Part shown: one piece after another, positions 57,021-64,000 of the stretch
Position numbering within the stretch: position 1 is the first letter of the stretch
How the letters are laid out: each line of letters opens with the position of its first letter
Virus record (IMG/VR): IMGVR_UViG_2802428878_000002
DNA: 64,000 nt
Source: a virus
Taxonomy: Duplodnaviria > Heunggongvirae > Uroviricota > Caudoviricetes
Direction: 5' to 3' (one strand)
Notes under the pieces: model-generated
Databases searched by the model: none
Seen by the model: only the letters and a program-made list of their open reading frames with translations
Told to the model about the DNA's origin: nothing
Made by a program: the position numbers and the translations under genes

Positions 57021-57878
57021 ATGGAAGGGCTCGTTATGCCAGCATTCACCCCTCGACTCGGGCCGTTGACACCGGCAGCTCAGGCTGTCGCTGACAGCGT
57101 CTCCGCAAGATTCGCGGGAAGCCCGACCCGGTTCTACCCGTCGATCGAGCGTGACCCCCAAGAACCATACTCGGCGGTCATCGCACAGAGCTCAGATCTG
57201 ACCTGGCGCAAAGGTCGTGGAAAGTCCCGTAAGGGGTTCGGTCTCTGGATTCGCCCCAGGACCACACCCGCGGTGAAAGCCGTGCCTACCCGCATCCGCG
57301 AGAACATCGCTGCCTGCGCCGCACTTGGACTGAGCTACTGGAGCGAAGCGCCGGATCATGGGGCGTTGTGGGCGTTGGACACCGAGACCGTCATTCACAT
57401 GGTGATGATCACTCGTCATTCGAATACCGCGAAGCACATCTGCGGCACCGACAAGGCGCTGCGCTACGGGGACACTCGCAGGCGTTGCACCGGTACTGGC
57501 GAAAACGCCGAGTACGCGGCTACACCTGACGACGAAGGATTGTGGGCGCTCGCCGATTTTCGCCCCACCCCAGGTGCCTTCGTTGGCACGGTCGACACAC
57601 CCGCACAACGGGACCCACGGAAGGCGGTGAGACTCAAGATCGACCAACAGTTGCTGCTGTTCGTTGCTGCTCAGATCCGCGAAAACAACAGCGCCATCAC
57701 CACCCTTGATGCGGAGATACTTGCCGCTCTGTACTCGACCCGTCAGTATTCGAGCTCCTTAACACTCAGCGTCTCGGTCGCACGCGACCTCATGCCACTC
57801 ATCGAAGCTGAGATCAAGCGCCGAGCCGAGGCCGCCAATGAATGCGCCACCAACATGCGAGAGGCCGCCATAGCATGA
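57021..57878 (+). CDS. hypothetical protein (start at 57021 or 57036)
   Basis: ATG immediately after the motif; a second ATG at 57036 has RBS GGAAGGG. Confidence 0.55.
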   Translation: MEGLVMPAFTPRLGPLTPAAQAVADSVSARFAGSPTRFYPSIERDPQEPYSAVIAQSSDLTWRKGRGKSRKGFGLWIRPRTTPAVKAVPTRIRENIAACAALGLSYWSEAPDHGALWALDTETVIHMVMITRHSNTAKHICGTDKALRYGDTRRRCTGTGENAEYAATPDDEGLWALADFRPTPGAFVGTVDTPAQRDPRKAVRLKIDQQLLLFVAAQIRENNSAITTLDAEILAALYSTRQYSSSLTLSVSVARDLMPLIEAEIKRRAEAANECATNMREAAIA

Positions 57879-58507
57879 GCTACTATCCCGATCGAATGAA
57901 ACTGCGCCCCTTAGAGAATTGGCCCGGAACGTTTCCAAGCCTGCACATCCGTTCCCCTTTCTCGGCGCCACTGCGGACGACACTCGAAGAGCTCGACCGT
58001 GAGTTATCGTTCCTCGGATCGGACGGCTCGAACGCCCCGTCCGTACTCGAGGTCGCCCTCCGAGAGCGCGATTTCCGGCTCGACGGCCTGCCACGAGCCG
58101 ATGCGCGGGTGCAGCACCCTGGCGTGATCTTGCATATCGAATCCCGCGTCGGCCCGCTGTCGTACCCCGCGGCGAAATTCAATACGTGGCAGGACAATTT
58201 GCGTGCCATCACGCTAGGACTCAACGGATTGCGTCGTCTCGACCGATACGGGATCACCCCGGGAAGCGAGCAGTACACCGGGTGGAAACAGCTTCCGTCA
58301 GCGGGACAGTCCGGCGTGGTTGCGACCGCTGATGACGCAGAGCAGATCATCCGCCTGGCAGCTGGTGATCAGGATTCAGCGCTCGACAAGGCCTATCGCG
58401 CAGCACGGGGCAACTCGCATCCCGACCGCAACGACGGAGACCGCGCGAGATGGGACCTCGTCGAAGCAGCAGGCGATGTTCTTCGCCGCGCTGGCCGTCT
58501 GACGTAA
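57875..58507 (+). CDS. J-domain (DnaJ-like HPD motif) protein: N-terminal domain of unknown function plus C-terminal J-domain
   Basis: C-terminus KAYRAARGNSHPDRNDGD...WDLVEAAGDVL has the J-domain helix II-III HPD signature. Confidence 0.55.
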   Translation: MSYYPDRMKLRPLENWPGTFPSLHIRSPFSAPLRTTLEELDRELSFLGSDGSNAPSVLEVALRERDFRLDGLPRADARVQHPGVILHIESRVGPLSYPAAKFNTWQDNLRAITLGLNGLRRLDRYGITPGSEQYTGWKQLPSAGQSGVVATADDAEQIIRLAAGDQDSALDKAYRAARGNSHPDRNDGDRARWDLVEAAGDVLRRAGRLT

Positions 58508-58618
58508 ACGACTGCGACGACCTGTACCTATGTCCCACTACCCGCCCGATACCTGCTGATACTTACCCGCCGTCGACCCCTCGTTATCGCCAATCACATC
58601 GAAAGGACTCGAGCAGCC

Positions 58619-58960
58619 TTGAGCGACAAAGAGGCACTACCCGCTGGTACTGAAGTCGTCATCTACGGACAACCACTTTGGCTTGGCGTGATCGTGAGTG
58701 GTCCGGACGAGAACCTACTAGGCAACGTGTCTTATCGGATCCGTTGTGAGAACGGAGAAATCGTCAAACGGGCACCGTCGATTGTCGTGCGACGCACCGA
58801 CTTCGCCACCAGCTGGCATGTCTGGAAAGACGACCAGGTCATCGCCGGCGGCCCAGAAATCTCACGCGAACGAATGGACCAGTATGCCGCTGAGCACGGT
58901 GGAGAGGTCCTCTACGGCTGGCCAGAAGGTCATCCGGAAGCGCAGGCACCGGCGCAGTGA
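58619..58960 (+). CDS. hypothetical protein (113 aa)
   Basis: ORF with ATG start. Confidence 0.45.
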   Translation: MSDKEALPAGTEVVIYGQPLWLGVIVSGPDENLLGNVSYRIRCENGEIVKRAPSIVVRRTDFATSWHVWKDDQVIAGGPEISRERMDQYAAEHGGEVLYGWPEGHPEAQAPAQ

Positions 58961-58982
58961 ACTGAAAGGACTATGAACCACC

Positions 58983-59813
58983 GTGAGTGACAAGACCATT
59001 GCGCGCATCGCCGCGCTGCTGAACAAAGCGGACAACACCGACAACGAGCACGAGGCCGACGCGTTCCTCAAGGCCGCACAGCGCATCGCCACGCTCGAAT
59101 CGATCGACCTGGCCAAAGCACGGGCACACACTCGGTCCAAGGAATCGACGACGCCGGAGCAGCGGGAGATTGTCATAGGAGAGCGCCGCCAGCGAGGCTT
59201 GACCACACTCATCGAGCTGTTCTTGGAGATCGCCGCGGCCAACGATGTGCGCGTAGCCGTGGCACACAACAACACGCGGGTCTACGCCCACGGGTACCGC
59301 GATGACATCGACGTGGTGCAGGCCCTGTACGTTCGCCTGCTCCCACAGATGGCCGCGGCTAGCCGCGCGTTCCTGGCGCGCGGGGACTACCAGCGCGAGG
59401 AAGTGCCATATTCCGTTCGGGTTCGCGATCGTGGCACCGGCGCCCAGGTCTGGGAAACGCGCTACAAGCCGATGGCCACCATCACCGCGCGGCTGGAATT
59501 CCAAGCGGGTTTTGCACGGCGCATCGGCCGGCGGCTCTGGGAAGCCCGACGCGACGCCGAGGCTGAGTCTCGCGCGACCGATCCCATCGACCCTGGACAA
59601 GGTGCATCCACAGAGCTGGTTCTGGCAGACAAGCGCAAGGCAGTGGCGGACTACTACAAGAAGTACTCGAACACCGGTCGGCGAACGCACCGTGGATACC
59701 GACCCAACACCGTGAGCTTCGTCAGTCGCGACGCCGGCGACCGTGCTGGACAGCGCGCGAAGCTGGGTGCTGATACCGAGATCGCCCACGCCAAGGCCGC
59801 GTTGAGCGCCTGA
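58983..59813 (+). CDS. DUF2786-domain protein
   Basis: N-terminal IARIAALLNKADNTDNEHEADAFLKAAQRI is the DUF2786 signature, common in actinophages and plasmids. Confidence 0.65.
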   Translation: MSDKTIARIAALLNKADNTDNEHEADAFLKAAQRIATLESIDLAKARAHTRSKESTTPEQREIVIGERRQRGLTTLIELFLEIAAANDVRVAVAHNNTRVYAHGYRDDIDVVQALYVRLLPQMAAASRAFLARGDYQREEVPYSVRVRDRGTGAQVWETRYKPMATITARLEFQAGFARRIGRRLWEARRDAEAESRATDPIDPGQGASTELVLADKRKAVADYYKKYSNTGRRTHRGYRPNTVSFVSRDAGDRAGQRAKLGADTEIAHAKAALSA

Positions 59814-59814
59814 C

Positions 59815-60345
59815 ATGTCGACACGCGACTTTCAACGCCAGGCCGTGTACGACGCCGAAGTCATCGTGCGCCGACTGTTCGATAATGCCCGCACAGGGCA
59901 GAACCCCGTTGTCACGCTCGGGGGCGTCACCCTCACATTGCCGCCCGAAGCGTTGTTCGGTGACCTACAGAGCGCCGAGACGCATGCCAACCGAGTTCTG
60001 GCCCTGCCGCAGGTCCAAGAACGGTTCGGAGCCGCCAGAGCGGTGCGGGTGCGCCGCCGGAAAGGTCTGCATTTCGCGCACTACGAGCCACGAAGAGCTG
60101 TGATCGCGATACCCGATGAACATCATTGGGCGCTGCGTGAGCTCGTGCTGCTTCATGAGCTGGCGCATCATCTCGACCCGTCCCGGAAAGATGTGAGTCA
60201 CCGCATTCACGGGCCAGTGTTCGTCGACACCTACTTCACCCTCTTGGAACTGGTGATGGCACCCGAAGCCGCGCTAGCGGCACGGATCATCTTCCGCGAC
60301 AACGACATTGTCCACTCAACCCCTCGGAATTCGGAGGCGTCGTGA
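59815..60345 (+). CDS. putative zinc metallopeptidase-like protein (HExxH: LHELAHHLD)
   Basis: Single HELAHH motif in a 176-aa protein. Confidence 0.5.
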   Translation: MSTRDFQRQAVYDAEVIVRRLFDNARTGQNPVVTLGGVTLTLPPEALFGDLQSAETHANRVLALPQVQERFGAARAVRVRRRKGLHFAHYEPRRAVIAIPDEHHWALRELVLLHELAHHLDPSRKDVSHRIHGPVFVDTYFTLLELVMAPEAALAARIIFRDNDIVHSTPRNSEAS

Positions 60346-60653
60346 AGTATCCCGCAGATTTCGTGAGCGCCGATCTCGGCTGGTGCCGTATCCATCGTGG
60401 TCACGGTCTGGAAGTGAATGAACTACTGGCGGACCTGACAGAGTGCGGTGGGAGCGCGCGGCGCGACGGTGAGGAGACCATCGTCGAGCAAGTCCACCTG
60501 TACTACCAACCGCGCATCAAATGGTGCGGTCGCCACGGCGATCCGTGTGACAACGAAGGCGAATGGCACGGTCACTGGTTCGCGGCTCGTCCGAGCACCG
60601 ACACAGCGTTCACCCTGGTCTACTGGGGCAGACCAAAGGAGGCAGCCGCGTGA
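60342..60653 (+). CDS. small Cys/His-rich hypothetical protein
   Basis: Coupled ORF. Confidence 0.4.
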   Translation: MKYPADFVSADLGWCRIHRGHGLEVNELLADLTECGGSARRDGEETIVEQVHLYYQPRIKWCGRHGDPCDNEGEWHGHWFAARPSTDTAFTLVYWGRPKEAAA

Positions 60654-61609
60654 CATGCCGTTACAGCGCCGAGCCCGAATTCCCAACACGGAAGGCCGCA
60701 GACGCCGGCGCAGAGGCCCGCAAGCGCGAGCTGGAAGCGGAGTTTCAGGGTCGCATTCGGCAGCCGTGGTATCCCTTTCCCTGCCCAGACGGTAACCACT
60801 GGCACTTGGCCCTCTCTCCGCAAGGCCCTGCGATCTGCCCATGGTGCCGGCTTGTGAGGACTGCGTGGTACGGCGGCCTGGACCACGAGGCGTGGGTCAT
60901 GGCGGATCACCGCGGAGTTGACGGGCGGCTCTGCCCAGCTGTAACGCTCCCAGCGCTGCGCATGGTCCCTTTCACGGCCGCCCGTCCTGTCTGGATTCTC
61001 GGTTTTGAGGACGTGTTGAGCCGGCATCGCTCAGGCGCTCCGGGGGCCTCCTGTGAGATCGACTTGGCGACGCAGGGTGTAACTCGGTATCTGGAGCCTT
61101 GGAGTCAGCGTTGGTCACCGGAGCTCTGCAGCTTAATCTCCAAAGCGGTGAGCGTTGGAATCGATGTGCGCTGGCTGGTTCTGTCGCACCCCGGTGTCGC
61201 GGTCCTTCGAGCCTTTACCGACGCCTTGGCAGGTGACCTGCCAGACATCCCGATCCTCACTGAGCTCGATATGCCACGCGAGTATCGACTTCCCCGTCAC
61301 GGGTTCACCGGTACGGGCATTGAGCCGGGCTGGGAATCTGACGCTGTGATGGCGTTGGTTCCGCAAGCCTCTCCCCTGCTCTGGACTCCAAGCTTTCAAT
61401 GCGCCTGCGATTCGGAATTTGTGTGCGGCAGTGACCGCGTGGACCGCACCACGAAAAGCGTAGTGCGCCGGCGCGAAGGATCAACCACGGTGATCACTCC
61501 GAAATCCATCCGCGGCCGGATAACGTTCATGACCGATCACTGCATGAAGACGATCGCTAAATGGGTGCGCTGGAACGACCAGGAAGAAGGGGCAAGTGGG
61601 AGCTGTTGA
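60650..61609 (+). CDS. hypothetical protein, paralog B of the CPDxxHWHL...WCR..AWYGG domain, with an additional C-terminal region
   Basis: GTG start overlaps the upstream stop. FPCPDGNHWHLALSPQGPAICPWCRLVRTAWYGG...WVMADH. Confidence 0.5.
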   Translation: MTCRYSAEPEFPTRKAADAGAEARKRELEAEFQGRIRQPWYPFPCPDGNHWHLALSPQGPAICPWCRLVRTAWYGGLDHEAWVMADHRGVDGRLCPAVTLPALRMVPFTAARPVWILGFEDVLSRHRSGAPGASCEIDLATQGVTRYLEPWSQRWSPELCSLISKAVSVGIDVRWLVLSHPGVAVLRAFTDALAGDLPDIPILTELDMPREYRLPRHGFTGTGIEPGWESDAVMALVPQASPLLWTPSFQCACDSEFVCGSDRVDRTTKSVVRRREGSTTVITPKSIRGRITFMTDHCMKTIAKWVRWNDQEEGASGSC

Positions 61610-61883
61610 TCGTGCTGACGAAGGTCCTCCCAGTGAACTCGATGTCGTCAAACTACGACGCGAGCTCCGCGCCAAAGATGAACGTGATGAAGCCCTGGCA
61701 TACGCCGATTGTCGCGATGTGACTCTGCCCGCCGGGAGCATCGGAACGGTGCTCGTGATTACCGAGTTGCCCGGTAAACCTACCGGATACCTAGTCGAGT
61801 TCTCTGACGATGAAGGCGCAGCCATCGCGATGCCGTGGCTGACTGCCGACGACTTCGAAGTCGTCGAGCCACACCGTAAGTAG
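61596..61883 (+). CDS. small hypothetical protein (95 aa)
   Basis: ORF. Confidence 0.4.
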   Translation: MGAVDRADEGPPSELDVVKLRRELRAKDERDEALAYADCRDVTLPAGSIGTVLVITELPGKPTGYLVEFSDDEGAAIAMPWLTADDFEVVEPHRK

Positions 61884-61888
61884 CGGAC

Positions 61889-62806
61889 CTACATGCTGGG
61901 TAGCCCGGGCCAGCCAGGAATCGCTTTCTCAGCCTTCGGCTTGGTAACTGTCCACTGCGCTTTAGCTTTTCGAGCATCGGGACCATCGGGCATCGAGTCG
62001 CTGCACTGCTGGCGGCGGCGGCCAAACTCCGAAAAACTCTCCGAGTGATCGCTGCCGGCCAGATCCGGGTGAGATTCCCAGCCGCTGTCTGGATCGGCAC
62101 CGCGGATCCGCCATGGCGTGAACACGTTTTGTGCCGGCTGCGAAGCATCACCTTCCTGATCGCGGGCCGTCACTGCCCCTTCGGCGTCGCTGATCTCGAC
62201 GTGCCAGAGCCGAATGTCTTTGAGAGGCTCACTGGGTTGTCCTTCCCAGCCGGGCAGGGTCGTCACCGGGCTGTATCTATCGCCGTCATCACGAAACATC
62301 TTGTACAACCCATCGCACACGTAGGCCTGCCATCCTCCGGGAACTTTCTTCAACGACTGGATGTGGAGTAACTCATTGCCGTAGAAGCGTTTTGAGGTGT
62401 ATCGCTGTCGATCACTTCGATAGATATCGCCGTAGGATTCGTCCAATGTCGGCCGTGTGCTGGTCAGCATGTACGGCGGGACCTCGCGGGGCTGTATGAA
62501 ATTTTCGTAGGTGAGCTCTTGGTTCTCCGGAACTGCCGCCTCAAATCCCGGGTATGCCGCACCCATGTTCGACTCCATCAGCACAACGCGCCAGGACTCC
62601 ACATACGCACGTAACGGCACCGCGGGCCCGGACACAAGGTCTATCCCCGGCTCGGCTGTCCACCGGAATTGGAAATCGGCCAGATTCGCCCGCCAGTCCA
62701 ACGGCGTATCGGGTAGCTGTCCAGGCGTTCGCCACAGCGGCACGCTCCCCACCAGAGCGGCGGCCAGCAGCGCAGCTGCCGCACCTCCAAACACCGTCCT
62801 GATCAT
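61889..62806 (-). CDS. secreted hypothetical protein (N-terminal signal peptide)
   Basis: MIRTVFGGAAAALLAAALVGS signal-like N-terminus. Confidence 0.55.
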   Translation of the reverse strand: MIRTVFGGAAAALLAAALVGSVPLWRTPGQLPDTPLDWRANLADFQFRWTAEPGIDLVSGPAVPLRAYVESWRVVLMESNMGAAYPGFEAAVPENQELTYENFIQPREVPPYMLTSTRPTLDESYGDIYRSDRQRYTSKRFYGNELLHIQSLKKVPGGWQAYVCDGLYKMFRDDGDRYSPVTTLPGWEGQPSEPLKDIRLWHVEISDAEGAVTARDQEGDASQPAQNVFTPWRIRGADPDSGWESHPDLAGSDHSESFSEFGRRRQQCSDSMPDGPDARKAKAQWTVTKPKAEKAIPGWPGLPSM

Positions 62807-63097
62807 GCACTCCCCCTCTACGCATTGGGAATGGCCCCTAATACCCGCCCCAAACCGCTCGCGCTGATCCTATCCTCGCCTCCACGACGCAGAACAGGGC
62901 CACTCAGCGCCCGGTCTTCCTCTAGTCGGTGACCAGTCGGAGGTGCCGGCCGTCACGCCCCTCACAACGCGCAAGCAGCGCGATCGTGCCGCCGCGGAGG
63001 CTGCGGCCAACCGGCGACAGCAGGCGTGGATCGCGCGCGGCAAGGCGCCGAGCTGACGCGAGCATTTGCGCCTCCAGCCAATGTGCGTCCTTGGCAC

Positions 63098-63664
63098 TCA
63101 CGTCAGCTCCTGCGCTCCGGGATGCCCTTCCCCGGCTTCAGCCTCCTGGTTTAGATCCTTGGCGATCCGGGCAGCTGCACGTAGACCCATCACGGAGTAG
63201 GCGATCACCGACAACCCCCACAGGACCAGCATCGCGTACCGGATTGGGTCGAGGTACTCAGGGCCTGGCGTCGGGATCATCAGTGCTAGCGCGCCGATGG
63301 CGGCATATAGCGCAAACGCCAACCCGCGGGAGGTGCGCAGCCATTGCCGACTTGCGAGGAATGGTCCGGCCAGCAGCCCGATACCGAATGCGAAGACGAA
63401 GGTGGTCCAGCCGAGCACAGCTGAGAAATCATGAATCATGTCGTAGCTCGACATACCGAAGCGATCACAACCCACACGCCGCGGATCGTCGTACTCAAGT
63501 GCGCATAAGAACTCGCTTGTTCGTGTGCGCACTAACCAGCGCAGAGCCATGAACAGCCCAGTCACCGCACTGAACACCAGCGATGCGATGGCCAGGTCCG
63601 ACGCGGCGGGATCTCGTCCTTCGCCGCTGGATCCGCTTGGAACAACAATGGGAATCGGAATCAT
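63098..63664 (-). CDS. integral membrane hypothetical protein (about 5 TM)
   Basis: Multiple hydrophobic helices. The opposite-strand R/S-rich ORF was rejected. Confidence 0.5.
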   Translation of the reverse strand: MIPIPIVVPSGSSGEGRDPAASDLAIASLVFSAVTGLFMALRWLVRTRTSEFLCALEYDDPRRVGCDRFGMSSYDMIHDFSAVLGWTTFVFAFGIGLLAGPFLASRQWLRTSRGLAFALYAAIGALALMIPTPGPEYLDPIRYAMLVLWGLSVIAYSVMGLRAAARIAKDLNQEAEAGEGHPGAQELT

Positions 63665-63972
63665 TGGGTCTGCCTGCTTTCGTGTTTGGTGTAGGTGTAT
63701 GGGCCAGCGCCAGAATCGACGATCACAGGTATTCCCGCGGCGTCCGCCCGCCTGACGCAGTCCCAGGTACCGCGAGAATCCGCGTCAGGAAAAGCAAGGC
63801 AGACGTCGGCACCAAGGTCGACCATCTCTTGGTTTCGCAAGGGGCCAGCGGCTTTACCGTGTACTTGCCACGCCGCTGGATGAGGTTCGACCACGAACCC
63901 AAGCCTGTCGCCAATCGCGGCTGCGATGATGTCCGCCCCGCCATAGGGGCATGCACCATGCACCACCGTCAC
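63661..63972 (-). CDS. SLOG/DUF2493-like (DprA/LOG-fold) protein; may extend past the window end
   Basis: GACPYGGADIIAA...AWQVHGKAAGPLRNQEMV...CLAFPD pattern. Confidence 0.45.
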   Translation of the reverse strand: MTVVHGACPYGGADIIAAAIGDRLGFVVEPHPAAWQVHGKAAGPLRNQEMVDLGADVCLAFPDADSRGTWDCVRRADAAGIPVIVDSGAGPYTYTKHESRQTQ

Positions 63973-64000
63973 CGTTCTCGGGTGGAGATCGGCTGCAGTT

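Noticed and set aside
62929-63552. 207-aa plus-strand ORF
   Set aside because: Arg/Ser-rich wrong-frame product overlapping a better minus-strand membrane-protein ORF (63098-63664).
1-64000. CRISPR arrays, rRNA genes, LexA-box (TCGAAC-N4-GTTCGA) promoters
   Set aside because: None found by eye.

Overview
This is a high-GC (about 65-68%) actinobacterial window that reads like a plasmid- or phage-like accessory element; genus was inferred only from codon usage and protein content (most like Mycobacterium, Gordonia or Rhodococcus). Most of the window is not housekeeping DNA.

What the sequence supports:
- A replication module: a PrimPol fused to a P4-type primase, a family-A DNA polymerase (PolA) split by a 283-aa intein, a DnaQ-like 3'-5' exonuclease, an SF2 helicase carrying a metallothionein-like Cys cluster, and an RNase H-domain protein.
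- A Tn7-like transposon (TnsA-like, TnsB, TnsC/TniB, TniQ) at about 5.4-15.2 kb. Both ends carry multiple ~18-bp repeats, and the cargo is a two-component system plus a DUF347 membrane protein.
- A type VII (ESX)-like accessory module: a protein fusing a FtsK/SpoIIIE ATPase domain to an EccA/CbbX-type AAA+ domain, a secreted S1 protease, an SLT lytic transglycosylase, an EspG-like protein, two WXG100-like proteins, and an EspC-like gene paired with a WXG-amidase gene.
- Two WhiA paralogs, a free-standing degenerate Hint/LAGLIDADG gene, a J-domain protein, and a DUF2786 protein.
- A tRNA 3'-end fragment flanked by two excisionase-like HTH genes, which looks like an attachment-site remnant.
- An 18-bp palindromic motif, TTCTCTATTTTAGAGAAT, present four times, each immediately upstream of an operon start.
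- Two AT-rich intergenic regions with long inverted repeats, adjacent to the PrimPol and PolA genes (origin-like).

No rRNA, no complete tRNA, no CRISPR array, and no tyrosine or serine integrase were found. Except where individual entries state they were re-checked against the sequence, gene starts were chosen by RBS and overlap logic and coordinates taken by manual counting are approximate.
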